A DNA stretch of 64,000 nucleotides. Source: an uncultured bacterium. GTDB taxonomy: Bacteria; Chloroflexota; UBA5177; JANWHV01. This document shows positions 20,482 to 30,916 of the stretch, piece after piece. The notes below the pieces were generated by a model. The model did no database searches. It was given only the letters and a program-made list of their open reading frames with translations, and was not told where the DNA came from. Each line of letters opens with the position of its first letter. The first letter of the stretch is position 1. The DNA is taken from NCBI GenBank assembly GCA_963729625.1, contig CAVSOU010000007.1, positions 128,001 through 192,000 of the forward strand, in the 5' to 3' direction. The position numbers were made by a program, and so were the translations under genes.

Positions 20482-21878
20482 TGGATATCCTCCACGAACT
20501 CACGATGCGCGGCACGCACGGCTGCCAGCGCCTGGTCGTCGGACACAACCAGAGAAATGTTGTACTCGTTGGAGCCCTGGGCGATCGCCATGATGTTGAT
20601 GCCGATCACCCCGAGGCAAGAGAATAGCCGGCCGGCGATGCCCGGCGTGCCCGCCATTCCGGCGCCGACCACGGTGACGATCGCCACCGGACGCTGGGCG
20701 GTCACGGAGTCTACTGCATGCGTCCGCAGCTCGTCGGCAAGGTGCAGCTTGAGCGCCTCCTGAGTCTTCTCGACCTGTGACTCGGGAATAACGAAGCAGA
20801 TGTTGCTCTCGGATGATGCCTGCGAAATCATCAATACATTGGTGTTCGCCTGCGCGACAGCGCCGAACACCCGCGCCGCCGCGCCGATAACGCCCGACAG
20901 GCCAACGCCCTGGACTGTGACCAGCGCTTGATTCCTGATCGCCGTCACAGCTTTGACCGCGTGCGGAGTGATCTCGATCGTGTTGGTCAGCACAGTGCCC
21001 GGTTGATCGGGATTGAAACTGTTGACGATGCGATACGGCACGCCGGCCTCGACTGCCGGAAGGATGGAGGCCGGGTGGAGCACTTTGCTGCCAAAGTATG
21101 CGAGCTCCGCGGCCTCGGCGTACGAAAGGGCTGGCAAGGTCCGTGCCTCCGGCACGGCGCGCGGATCGGCGCTCATGATGCCGTCAGAGTCCGTCCATTT
21201 CCACACTTCGTCCGCGCCAAGCAACGCACCCAACACGGCCGCCGAGTAGTCCGACGCATTCCGTCCAAACGTCGTGGTAGCGCCATCCTCGGTGGCTCCG
21301 ATGAAGCCGGTCACCACGGGGATGATGCCGTCCTCGATCATTGGGAGGAGGCGGTCGCGGGTGCGGATTCGACTGGCAGGGGCAAGCACCCTGGCATTGC
21401 CGTGGTTGGCGTCTGTAAGGAGTAGCTCTTCAGCGCTCACCGGCGCGCTCCTATGTCCGCGTGCGTCGATCGCGGCAGCAACGATTGGCGCCGACAGCTT
21501 CTCGCCATAGCCACTTACTGCGTCGATCGACCGAACGGAAAGCTCACCCAGCAGGGCAATGCCCGTACATATCTCATGAAGCTCAACGAACGCCTCCTCA
21601 AGCCCGCGCTTCACTTCGGGCGCAGCGTTCGGTGCAACGTGAGCCAGGGCCTCGAGATGGCGTTCACGGAGCGCGCCGAGGTGTGCTTCCACCGACGACA
21701 GCACCTTGCGCCCCTGCAGGGCCAGACGGGCCACACCGAGCAAGCCGTCGGTGACTCCACCCATGGCCGACACCACGACAACCGGCGCCCTGTCACGATA
21801 GCGCAGGACGAGGTCCGCCGCATAGTGTATTCGTTCTCCGGTGGCCAGAGATGAGCCACCGAACTTCATTACGATCAT
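20478..21878 (-). CDS. lysC: Aspartate kinase
   Basis: MKFGGSS, VVSAMGGVTD, SDYSAA, DPR, two C-terminal ACT domains. Confidence 0.93.
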   Translation of the reverse strand: MIVMKFGGSSLATGERIHYAADLVLRYRDRAPVVVVSAMGGVTDGLLGVARLALQGRKVLSSVEAHLGALRERHLEALAHVAPNAAPEVKRGLEEAFVELHEICTGIALLGELSVRSIDAVSGYGEKLSAPIVAAAIDARGHRSAPVSAEELLLTDANHGNARVLAPASRIRTRDRLLPMIEDGIIPVVTGFIGATEDGATTTFGRNASDYSAAVLGALLGADEVWKWTDSDGIMSADPRAVPEARTLPALSYAEAAELAYFGSKVLHPASILPAVEAGVPYRIVNSFNPDQPGTVLTNTIEITPHAVKAVTAIRNQALVTVQGVGLSGVIGAAARVFGAVAQANTNVLMISQASSESNICFVIPESQVEKTQEALKLHLADELRTHAVDSVTAQRPVAIVTVVGAGMAGTPGIAGRLFSCLGVIGINIMAIAQGSNEYNISLVVSDDQALAAVRAAHREFVEDIQ

Positions 21879-21998
21879 GCATTCTCCTGATTCTCTCGGT
21901 GCGACCGACGCTGCCTCGTGCCGTCGCGAATCGTGAAACCATGCGTAGGATTGGCGTTGGCCTGCAGCGACCGCGGCACGGCTCCCTGTAGTCGATGC

Positions 21999-23762
21999 TT
22001 ACTGGGTCGCATTGCAGGCCTCGGCCGGCGAAACGTGCTGAGAACCGGCCGCGGGGCGAGCCGCTACCATTGTGAGGCGAACTCTGGTTCGCCCCTGCCA
22101 GGCGTCGACCGCCATTGTATATGCTATATCGTATCGTCCAGTCCCACGCCAGTCGGGATTGTGCCGCCACCACTTGAGTGCACGTTCAACGCCTCGGCGG
22201 TCGGCAAACACCAGGTCCGCGTGCACGCCTTCCCTGCCGAACTGTCGTCGTGCCACAAGAACTACATCTCGCGTCGCAAGCACCGGAGTTGCATTGCCCT
22301 CCGAGAAAGGCTCGAGCAGAGCTACCTGGCCGTACACCGTCTCGACGCCCACTTCGCCAGAGTCCTGCGACCAGTCGACCTCTCCGTCGACGTGGAGCTC
22401 GCCTTCACTAGCGCAACACTGCCGGCTCGCTACGGAGCCGGCAAACGCGGTTCGCAGAAGGTGGACATCTTCCGCCCGGAGCGTAAAGCCTGCCGCCCCG
22501 GCATGTCCGCCCCACTCGATCAACAAGTGCGAGTGCTCCGCCAGAACCGCGAGAATGTCGCACGAACCATTGCTTCGGACGGAGCCGCGCGCGAGCGACG
22601 CGCCGGGAAGCCGGCTGATGAGCATCGCCGGCCGACTGAGAAGCGCGGCATAGTGGCTCGCGGCTGGGCCAAGCAGACCCAGGTGCCAGTCATCTCCAAC
22701 TGCGAATACGATCGGCTCCTCTGTGCTGCTATTGGCCGCAAGCTGTGTGTCGACTTCGTTCTCGAGCAGCTCCGCAAGGCGCCGGCGCTCCGCGTTAAGC
22801 GCGTACAGTCGCTGGGCAAGGGTCCGGGCGCTGTCACTGTCCGTCGCCAGTAGCAGTTCGACGGCGAGGCTGGCATCTGCCAGGCGACCAGACGCGTTCA
22901 GGAGCGGCGCCAATTTGTAGCTGATCTTGGTCGAATCCAGGGCGCCGGCCGGGGTGCCGATTAGCTCGAGCAGCGCCACGAGGCCAGCACGGTGACTGTT
23001 CCAGAGCCGAGGCAGCCCACGGGCAAGAAAGGCGCGGTTAGCTATGGACAGGGGAGCCAGATCTGCGATCGTACCAAGCGCAACCAGGTCGAGATCACTC
23101 AGAACCTGGCTCGGGATCCCGCGGCGCGCATACAGGTCTCGTACCACGAGATACGCCATCGCCACGCCCGAAACACCCCAGATCGGATCGCTGCGATCGA
23201 CGTGCGAGGAATTACATATCGCCACTGCCGCCGGCGCCCGGCCCGTTTGCAAGTGATGATCGGTGACGATTACGTCGAGTGCAAGGGAGCGCGCGTAATC
23301 AATCATTGCGATGTCGTTGGTACCACAGTCGCAGGTGATGACCAGCGAGCAGCCTACAGAGGCAATCCGCTCGAGACCCTTGCTGTTGAGACCATGTGAC
23401 TCGGTGATCCGGTTGGGGATGTAGTAGTCCACGTTGCCGCCGACTCTCCGCAGCGCCCCGACCAGCAAAGCTGTCGCGGTCTGACCATCCACGTCGAAGT
23501 CGCCCCAGACATGTGTCTTTTCGTCACCGGCGAGCGCCGCGTCGATTCGGTCTACTGCCGCGGACACCGAAGGATAGGATCCCGGTGGTGGCAACCTGAA
23601 GTCCAGCGGGTGCAGGAATCGGTGAGCTTCCGCCTGCGTTCTGAAGCCTCTGCGCCACACGAGCTCACGCGTCAAGCGCGCGCAATCCGCGAGGTAATCG
23701 ACCGGCAGCTCCGCCGAGTCCGGCATCTGCCATCGCTGTGGACCTATCCCAAGAACCTGCAC
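21999..23762 (-). CDS. recJ: Single-stranded DNA exonuclease RecJ
   Basis: GDFDVDG, TCDCG, DHH, LGTIAD, NASGRL, RGSVRS, GGHAGAAG; start uncertain. Confidence 0.92.
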   Translation of the reverse strand: MQVLGIGPQRWQMPDSAELPVDYLADCARLTRELVWRRGFRTQAEAHRFLHPLDFRLPPPGSYPSVSAAVDRIDAALAGDEKTHVWGDFDVDGQTATALLVGALRRVGGNVDYYIPNRITESHGLNSKGLERIASVGCSLVITCDCGTNDIAMIDYARSLALDVIVTDHHLQTGRAPAAVAICNSSHVDRSDPIWGVSGVAMAYLVVRDLYARRGIPSQVLSDLDLVALGTIADLAPLSIANRAFLARGLPRLWNSHRAGLVALLELIGTPAGALDSTKISYKLAPLLNASGRLADASLAVELLLATDSDSARTLAQRLYALNAERRRLAELLENEVDTQLAANSSTEEPIVFAVGDDWHLGLLGPAASHYAALLSRPAMLISRLPGASLARGSVRSNGSCDILAVLAEHSHLLIEWGGHAGAAGFTLRAEDVHLLRTAFAGSVASRQCCASEGELHVDGEVDWSQDSGEVGVETVYGQVALLEPFSEGNATPVLATRDVVLVARRQFGREGVHADLVFADRRGVERALKWWRHNPDWRGTGRYDIAYTMAVDAWQGRTRVRLTMVAARPAAGSQHVSPAEACNATQ

Positions 23763-23984
23763 GTCACCGTTTGCCAAATAACTCACGAGCAATCCGGCGG
23801 ACACTCCCAGCCCGCAGGCCCGTCCGCGCTCTGCTTGTGCGTGCGAGAAGCCGCCGCGCATGCGCTGGAATCCGACGAGGGCAGTCCGGCGGTCAGGCAA
23901 ACGGCAAAGCAATGCTCGTATGGTAACGGATGGCGGCCGACCTTTGCGCGGGTCCGGTTGCCAATCGCATCGACACGGCCCCGA

Positions 23985-24785
23985 TCAGGGCCACCATCCT
24001 GTCCACGGCACGCGACGACGCTCGAATCCGGGGTCTGGGTAGACGCGCCCCCTCAACAAGCGAGACACTCGCGCCAGTACGGCGTCGATCTCGTTCTCGG
24101 ACACGAGCGACCGTAGTTTGGCATAGAGCTCACCACGCCGGCCCAGCTCATGGTAGAGCGCCGCGAGATCTGTCAACAAGTCGGCGGGAATCGGATCGCC
24201 GGCGAAATCCCAGATAACCGTGCGCAGCTTGGGTTCAGGATGGAATGTAAGTCCATGGTCGATCGCCCAGGTCCTCCCGGTGAGGTCCTGTATGCAGTGT
24301 TCCGCCTTCCGATCTGCGTTGTTCAGCACCCAGTCCAGTAGCGCAATCTGCTCGGAGGCATCACGATCCCGTTCCGCCGGAGAATCGAAGTAGTTGTTTG
24401 GGTCATGTTCGATGAACAACTGCACTGAACCCACCCCGTACGGACCGTTCCGCGCGACCGTGGGCGGCACCAGGGACCAGCCGATGCCCTCGCTCACGAT
24501 GTACGTAGCTACCTCACGTCGATAGAGAGAGCCAAGCGGGAAGTCCCAGAGCGGCGATTCGCCCCGTCGAGGCTTGTACACCGCGTGGCTTCTGCCCGAG
24601 CAGGAGTGTTCGAGGGTCACCAGAAAGGTGCTGTTGCTGCCCCACATGATCGGTCTGGCCTGCAGGACCTTCGCGGTGCTGAGGCAATCAAGAACGTCCG
24701 GCATCTCAGGTGACCAACTCGTCCCAGCCGGTTGACGGGTCTCGTCCTTGCTATCCGCCGGCTTCCGTCTTCGTTGGCGCGCCAC
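23985..24785 (-). CDS. SCO1664-family PI3/PI4-kinase-like protein
   Basis: GSNSTFL, VYKPRRGESPLWDFP...REVA, NNADRK, IDHGLTF. Confidence 0.85.
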   Translation of the reverse strand: MARQRRRKPADSKDETRQPAGTSWSPEMPDVLDCLSTAKVLQARPIMWGSNSTFLVTLEHSCSGRSHAVYKPRRGESPLWDFPLGSLYRREVATYIVSEGIGWSLVPPTVARNGPYGVGSVQLFIEHDPNNYFDSPAERDRDASEQIALLDWVLNNADRKAEHCIQDLTGRTWAIDHGLTFHPEPKLRTVIWDFAGDPIPADLLTDLAALYHELGRRGELYAKLRSLVSENEIDAVLARVSRLLRGRVYPDPGFERRRVPWTGWWP

Positions 24786-24958
24786 TAATCACTCCCCTCA
24801 GGTTAGAACGTACCGGAAGAGCGAGGAAGGTGCGACCCACATCGCCAAGGAATCAGCTACTTTCGTGCCGTCACCTGTTATACTGCCTCGCGAGCTTGGA
24901 GACACGCAGCCAGCGTGAGAGACGCGAGCATTCCCATCGGCGAAAGGCAGGATCCGCG

Positions 24959-25426
24959 GTGAAGGCTGTGCTGCAGCGCGTTTCTCGGGCGGCCGTGCGC
25001 ATCATTGATTCTGCCGGCGGATACAATCATTCAGCCGAGCGCATTATCGACGCAGGGCTTGTGGTGCTGCTGGGCGTGGCGGCTGATGATGATCTGACTG
25101 ACGCCAATCGACTCGTCGATAAGGTCGTCGGACTCCGTGTGTTTTCCGACGAGCATGGCAAGATGAATCTCAGCGTCGAGCAGGTCCGTGGCCAATTACT
25201 CGTCGTGTCCCAGTTCACGTTGATGGCTGACACTCGAAGGGGCAGGCGCCCAAGCTTCGCCGGCGCCGCGAACCCAGTTCTCGGCCGAACCATGTACGAA
25301 TATGTCGTCGACCGGCTGCAAGTGCGAGGTCTCAGCGTGGTGACCGGAGACTTTGGCGCCACAATGCAGGTGGAGCTTGTCAACGATGGACCCGTTACTA
25401 TCGTGCTCGACACCCGAGAAGCCTGA
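24959..25426 (+). CDS. dtd: D-aminoacyl-tRNA deacylase
   Basis: KAVLQRV, SQFTL, GRRPSF, NDGPVT; TGtTATACT promoter-like motif near 24878-24886. Confidence 0.95.
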   Translation: MKAVLQRVSRAAVRIIDSAGGYNHSAERIIDAGLVVLLGVAADDDLTDANRLVDKVVGLRVFSDEHGKMNLSVEQVRGQLLVVSQFTLMADTRRGRRPSFAGAANPVLGRTMYEYVVDRLQVRGLSVVTGDFGATMQVELVNDGPVTIVLDTREA

Positions 25427-25427
25427 A

Positions 25428-25712
25428 CTAGCTGGCAGGTGGAAGGCGACCGGCCCATAGCGCGCTCGCGGCGTCGCGGAGTTGCTGCGCCGTCGTGCGC
25501 GCTCCCGCGGGAACGGATGCATCCAGCTGGAGCGCCAGCCCAAGGCCGAGCGCGATCAACCGCTGATCCACGTCGTCAAGCTCAGATCGATCGTCATAGA
25601 ATGGGTGGTCGGTGGCCCAATCGGTGAGGTCTTCCGCCGACAGGCGCTGCTCGAGGAAATCTGCGATGCGTTCCGCGATCTCGGCTCGCCAGAGCTCTCC
25701 TTTGCGTGACAT
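25428..25712 (-). CDS. Hypothetical protein
   Basis: 94-aa ORF directly downstream of rpoD with GGAGA RBS and globular composition. Confidence 0.6.
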   Translation of the reverse strand: MSRKGELWRAEIAERIADFLEQRLSAEDLTDWATDHPFYDDRSELDDVDQRLIALGLGLALQLDASVPAGARTTAQQLRDAASALWAGRLPPAS

Positions 25713-25748
25713 GGCGCGGTCTCCAGTGTTCCGGCTGAGCCGCTGTCG

Positions 25749-27581
25749 TCAATCAAGATAGTCTTTGAGCTTGCGGCTACGTGACGGGTGCCGGAGCTTT
25801 CGGAGGGCTTTCGCCTCGATCTGGCGGATCCGCTCGCGCGTCACACCGAATTCCTTGCCGACCTCCTCAAGCGTTCGCGTCCGGCCGTCCTCGAGGCCAA
25901 ACCGAAGCTGGAGCACCTTTCGCTCGCGCAGCGTCAGCGACGCAAGCACATCCTCGACTTGCTCCTTCAGAAGTTGATGCGAGGCTGCATCCTGAGGCGC
26001 GGTCGCGCCCGCGTCCTCTATGAAGTCGCCGAGATGGCTGTCCTCTTCTTCGCCGATAGGTGTCTCCAATGACACCGGCTCCTGGGACACCTTCATGATC
26101 TCTCGCACCTTCTCAGGCGCGATGTCCATCTTCAGGGCGATTTCCTCGGAGGTCGGCTCGCGACCGAGCTCCTGCAACAGTTTTCGCGACTCGCGAATGA
26201 GCTTGTTGATGGTCTCGACCATGTGCACCGGTATGCGAATCGTGCGAGCCTGGTCGGCAATCGCGCGCGTGATCGCCTGGCGAATCCACCAGGTGGCATA
26301 CGTGCTGAACTTGTATCCCTTGGTATGGTCAAACTTCTCCACAGCCCGAATGAGACCGATATTGCCTTCCTGGATGAGGTCGAGGAGGTTCATGCCGCGG
26401 CCAATGTACTTCTTGGCCACACTTACGACCAATCTGAGATTGGCTTCGGTTAAGCGTCGTCGCGCATCTAGGCCGCGATCGATGACGTCTTGGTTGAACT
26501 CCCAAGCCTGTATCATTGCGCGCGCCTGGTCAATGTCGATCTTCACGCGTCTCTCGAGCATCGTCGCGAGATCTTCATCGGTGACACTCGGACGCGATCG
26601 TTCATCCCAAATATCTGCGGCCTCCCGGTGACCGAGCCTCAGGAGCCGAACGAGCTCGCGCACGGCGCTCGATCGCTCAACCTCCTCGCCGCTCAAGCGC
26701 ACCACCCAGTAGGTATCTTCCTCGACCACCGATATGATCTCGTCGCCGTCGACCAGAGCCAGGTCGGGGTCGATCAGTACGTCGAGGTCGTCTGCCGCCT
26801 CGGGATCCACCGGGACCAATGGCTCGGCGGGAGCCGAAACGCGCAGTGTTACTGGGACGTCCGCGTCCTCCTCGTCAACGTCTACTGGAACGTCCTCCAG
26901 AGCCTCCAGGATCGCAGGCCGTTCACGCTGCTCGACTTCGATCAGCCCGCGCAGGCGAGCAAGCGCCGCGTCGACGATCGAATCGCCCAAATCGCAGACA
27001 CTCGCCAGAGAAGCGAGCGCGTGCGCGAGCGAGCCGTCTTCTGGTTTGTCTTCTTCCTGCTTCAACAGCCGCAGGGAATCGCTGCAGGCACGGTCGGCGC
27101 CCTGCTCGGTGAGACGGACCAGGGCATCAAGCTCGGCGCACGACGCGAGCGCGACCGGATCGTCGGCGCGAAGCAATGTGGCTAGCCGCCGAATCGCGGA
27201 CTCAATGCTCACGTCATCGAGGCCCAGAACCCTGGCCCAGACGGCTGCGGCACGCGTCGCCTCTCGGCAGTCCGGCGACGTGAGCCGGAAGAGCTTGATG
27301 CCTCGTGCGAGACTGGCTTGAGCTCGATCGACCTCGCGGTCGCCGGCTTTCATCGCGATCGCGTACTCGACCTCTTCCCTCCCTTTCAGAAGCTTGACGC
27401 GGCCAATTTCACGAAGGTACATGCGTACCGGGTCGTCGATATTGCCGCCTTCGTCATCGACCGGCTGATCCGCGTCGTCATCGATACTTGCCTCGAATTC
27501 GGGACGAGGATGCAGATCCGCCTCGGCGCGAGTCGTCCCTGGCCGGAACAGTGAATCGGTGTGCTCGCCGTCGTGAATCAC
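25749..27581 (-). CDS. rpoD: Primary sigma factor RpoD/SigA with long non-conserved region
   Basis: [11 protein letters not shown] (1.2), [59 protein letters not shown]; start probably the GTG after GAGGAAGGA. Confidence 0.96.
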   Translation of the reverse strand: MIHDGEHTDSLFRPGTTRAEADLHPRPEFEASIDDDADQPVDDEGGNIDDPVRMYLREIGRVKLLKGREEVEYAIAMKAGDREVDRAQASLARGIKLFRLTSPDCREATRAAAVWARVLGLDDVSIESAIRRLATLLRADDPVALASCAELDALVRLTEQGADRACSDSLRLLKQEEDKPEDGSLAHALASLASVCDLGDSIVDAALARLRGLIEVEQRERPAILEALEDVPVDVDEEDADVPVTLRVSAPAEPLVPVDPEAADDLDVLIDPDLALVDGDEIISVVEEDTYWVVRLSGEEVERSSAVRELVRLLRLGHREAADIWDERSRPSVTDEDLATMLERRVKIDIDQARAMIQAWEFNQDVIDRGLDARRRLTEANLRLVVSVAKKYIGRGMNLLDLIQEGNIGLIRAVEKFDHTKGYKFSTYATWWIRQAITRAIADQARTIRIPVHMVETINKLIRESRKLLQELGREPTSEEIALKMDIAPEKVREIMKVSQEPVSLETPIGEEEDSHLGDFIEDAGATAPQDAASHQLLKEQVEDVLASLTLRERKVLQLRFGLEDGRTRTLEEVGKEFGVTRERIRQIEAKALRKLRHPSRSRKLKDYLD

Positions 27582-27896
27582 GCGGATTCCTTCCTCTACG
27601 AACTCGGGAACGGTCTTGACGGGTCGACCATGCAACCACCCATGGAGAACATACGCTTGGGAGTTCGGGCTTCACATGTGTACATCACCTGGAACGGAGT
27701 GCTGGTAGCTTGCGTTCAGTCTGGAAGCAACATCGTGCTCCAACAACCCAATGCTGGCCCCGAAGCCATGCACTACACCTGCCCTGATGCCGCTCGAGGC
27801 CGGCACTCGAGTGTGCCGCGACCGAGGAACTGCGTCCCGGCCTGTGCTAGTGGTGATAGCACATCTCACAACATTTAGACAATTACCGGGAAACGC

Positions 27897-27932
27897 GTGG
27901 GCGGGAGCGCCCTTACGGACTCCCCCGCCCAC
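27897..27932 (-). terminator. Hairpin, putative intrinsic terminator after ppdK
   Basis: GTGGGCGGG...GTAA...CCCGCCCAC stem-loop followed by GCGTTT on the minus strand. Confidence 0.6.
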
Positions 27933-27956
27933 ATGCCATTGTTAGCTACTCGCCGC

Positions 27957-30647
27957 TTACCTGTCGCGCTCTCCGCCGACGATCGCTGCTTGCGCCGCCG
28001 CCAACCGGGCGACCGGCACGCGGAACGGCGAACAGCTGACGTAGGTGAGCCCGACCTGATGACAGAATTCTATTGAGCTTGGGTCGCCGCCATGCTCGCC
28101 GCAGATACCAAGCGTGATTTCGGGCCGCACGGACCGGCCCTTTTCGACCGCCATCTTGACAAGCGCGCCGACGCCGTCGCGATCGAGCACCTGGAACGGA
28201 TTCTCGGGCAGGATCTTTTCTTCTACGTACCGCAGCAGGAACTTGCCTTCGGCGTCGTCGCGCGAAAAGCCGAACGTCGTCTGGGTAAGGTCGTTCGTGC
28301 CGAAGCTGAAGAACTCGGCGTGCCGGGCGATAGCGTCGGCGGTCAGCGCGGCGCGCGGAAGCTCGATCATAGTGCCAATCTTGAAGCTCACCTTCACACC
28401 TTGGCGCTCCTGCTCTTCGGCCGCTACACGCTCAAGCTGCTTCCTGGTGATTTCCAGCTCGTTCACATGGCTGACGAGCGGCACCATGATTTCCGGATGG
28501 ACGTCAACACCTTCCTTCTTCAGCTCGCATGCCGCACCGATGATGGCCCGGCACTGCATCGTGGTGATGCCCGGGAATGTCAAGCCCAGGCGAATGCCGC
28601 GAAGTCCAAGCATAGGATTCTGCTCGCGCATGCCCTCGATTGCGCGCAAGAGCTTCTCCTGCTTGGCAAGCTCGTCGGGGTTGTCCCCGCGCGTGCGCAG
28701 CTCGACGACCCTTGTCAGCGTCTCCTCGAACGAGGGAAGGAACTCGTGCAAGGGCGGATCGATCAACCGGATGACTACAGGGAGGCCCTGCATGGCCTTG
28801 AGAATCCCACGGAAGTCCGCTTGTTGCACCGGCAGCAGTATGTCGAGCGCCTTCTGCCGCTCCTCTTCAGTCTCGGCCAGGATCATCTGCTGCACTACGG
28901 GCAACCGCTCTTCTTCGAAGAACATGTGCTCCGTCCGGCAGAGACCGATGCCCTGGGCTCCGAACTCTCGAGCCTTCTGCGCATCGCGAGGGTAGTCGCC
29001 ATTCGCCCACACCTGCAGCCGGCGATACTCATCAGCCCAGCTGAGCAGGGTTTGCAGATCCTTCTCCTCCGAGAAGTTTGCCGCCTTCGTCTTGATGTCT
29101 CCGGCGAATACCTCGCCCGTCGTGCCGTCGATCGAGATGAAGTCGCCTTCCTTGACTACCCGGTCACCGGCTTGCATGGTCGATGTGCGCTCGTCAATCC
29201 GGAGGTCGCCGGCGCCGGCAACACAGGGCTTGCCCATGGAGCGAGCGACAACTGCGGCGTGGCTGGTCGCGCCGCCGCGAGCCGTCAAGACTCCGCGAGA
29301 CGCGATCATGCCATGGACGTCATCAGGTGAGGTCTCCTGGCGAACCAGTATCACCGCTTCGCCCTTGGATCCAAGCTCCTCAGCCCGATCGGCGGTGAAC
29401 ATCGCTTTGCCGGACGCGGCGCCCGGCGAAGCGTTCAGGCCCTTGGCCAGTAAGCGATTGTTTGCGGTTGCCTTCGCCTTGTCCTCTGAATCGAAACGGG
29501 GCAGCAGCAACTGCGAGATATCGTTGGCCGGCACGTACTTCTCGGTCAGGGCCGTCTTCCGGTCGATGATGCCCTCATTGGCCAGATCAACAGCGATCTT
29601 GACCGCAGCGGGGCCGGTGCGCTTGCCGGAGCGCGTCTGGAGCATGTAGAGCGTACCGCGCTCGATAGTGAACTCCATGTCCTGGATGTCCTTGTAGTGA
29701 CGCTCCAGCCGTGTGGCGATCTCCTCGAACTGCTTGTATACCGCAGGCATGTCCCGCTCGAGTGTGGCAATAGCGGCAGGGGTGCGGATGCCGGCAACTA
29801 CGTCTTCGCCCTGAGCATTGAGCAGGTACTCGCCGTACAGCTTCTTCTCGCCAGTGGAAGGATTCCGCGTGAATGCGACGCCGGTGCCGGAGTCGGCGCC
29901 CATGTTGCCGAACACCATGGTCTGCACGTTGACTGCCGTCCCGAGCGCATGTGAAATACGGTTGAAATTCCGGTAGTCGATGGCGCGCTTGCCGTTCCAG
30001 GACATGAATACCGCCATCACCGCGCGCTCCAGCTGGGCAAGTGGCTCGGTCGGGAAATCCTCGCCGGTCTCGCGCCTGACGATTGCCTTGAACTTGCCGA
30101 CGAGCTCTTTGAGACCATCGATGGTCAGATCCGCGTCGGTCTTCGCGCCAGACTTTGCCTTGGCCGCGTCGAGGTCGTGCTCGAACACTTCTCCCTTGAT
30201 GCCCAGCACAATCTTGCCGAACAACTGAATGAAGCGTCTGTATGCGTCGAACGCGAAGCGCTCATTATTGGTCAGCTTCGCCAGACCGCCGGCTACCTCA
30301 TCGTTGAGGCCGAGGTTCAGCACGGTGTCCATCATCCCAGGCATCGAGAACTTCGCGCCGGAACGCACGGATACGAGCAACGGGTTGCTGGGGTCCCCGA
30401 ACTTCTTGCCCGTCTTTTCCTCGACGACCTTGAGGTCGGTCAGGACCTGGTCCCAGAGCCCTTCCGGCAGCTTCTGTCCGCCCGCGTAGTACGCGTTACA
30501 TGCCTCAGTGGTGATTGTGAAGCCCGGCGGAACAGGTAGCCCGGCGTTTGTCATCTCCGCGCATCCCGCGCCCTTGCCGCCAAGCAAGTCTCGCATGGTC
30601 GCGTTGCCTTCGCTGAAGAGATAGACCCACTTCTTAGTGCCTGTCAC
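27957..30647 (-). CDS. ppdK: Pyruvate, phosphate dikinase
   Basis: LLGGKGA, LLVSVRSGA, GGATSHAAVVAR (phospho-His), FSFGTNDLTQ, GICGEHGG; start GTG (VTGTKKWVY). Confidence 0.97.
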   Translation of the reverse strand: MTGTKKWVYLFSEGNATMRDLLGGKGAGCAEMTNAGLPVPPGFTITTEACNAYYAGGQKLPEGLWDQVLTDLKVVEEKTGKKFGDPSNPLLVSVRSGAKFSMPGMMDTVLNLGLNDEVAGGLAKLTNNERFAFDAYRRFIQLFGKIVLGIKGEVFEHDLDAAKAKSGAKTDADLTIDGLKELVGKFKAIVRRETGEDFPTEPLAQLERAVMAVFMSWNGKRAIDYRNFNRISHALGTAVNVQTMVFGNMGADSGTGVAFTRNPSTGEKKLYGEYLLNAQGEDVVAGIRTPAAIATLERDMPAVYKQFEEIATRLERHYKDIQDMEFTIERGTLYMLQTRSGKRTGPAAVKIAVDLANEGIIDRKTALTEKYVPANDISQLLLPRFDSEDKAKATANNRLLAKGLNASPGAASGKAMFTADRAEELGSKGEAVILVRQETSPDDVHGMIASRGVLTARGGATSHAAVVARSMGKPCVAGAGDLRIDERTSTMQAGDRVVKEGDFISIDGTTGEVFAGDIKTKAANFSEEKDLQTLLSWADEYRRLQVWANGDYPRDAQKAREFGAQGIGLCRTEHMFFEEERLPVVQQMILAETEEERQKALDILLPVQQADFRGILKAMQGLPVVIRLIDPPLHEFLPSFEETLTRVVELRTRGDNPDELAKQEKLLRAIEGMREQNPMLGLRGIRLGLTFPGITTMQCRAIIGAACELKKEGVDVHPEIMVPLVSHVNELEITRKQLERVAAEEQERQGVKVSFKIGTMIELPRAALTADAIARHAEFFSFGTNDLTQTTFGFSRDDAEGKFLLRYVEEKILPENPFQVLDRDGVGALVKMAVEKGRSVRPEITLGICGEHGGDPSSIEFCHQVGLTYVSCSPFRVPVARLAAAQAAIVGGERDR

Positions 30648-30916
30648 GTTACCTGCCTTTTCATAAATCATCCGATATGCCACCCTGGCGGCGGCAGCTA
30701 TGCCACGAAAAAGGGCTCTGGCTACTGTGATTTCATCGCGACGCTGGAAGTCGCGGTCCCGATCAGCAGGCAGGCCCGCCGCGTAAGCTGGAACCCAAGG
30801 TAGGCCCAGTTCGTAGTGTACTGATTTGACACGGTCGCCGGGGTCCCTCCAGAGCCGCGTCCGCAACCCCAAAGGTCACCAATTCTCAGGGCCGGTCGTC
30901 ACAAGCGCCACGTCGG

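Noticed and set aside
21879-21998. Lysine riboswitch upstream of lysC
   Set aside because: The gap is only 120 nt and no L-box core motifs are visible.
23767-23919. Long-range inverted repeat CCGTTTGCC/GGCAAACGG as possible 6S-like RNA
   Set aside because: Only 9 bp; the interior does not form a continuous rod and the second candidate pairing is not nested.
28092-29330. Long antisense ORFs opposite ppdK and similar ORFs opposite nuo, rpoD and GH26
   Set aside because: Shadow frames expected from high-GC codon bias; no motifs.
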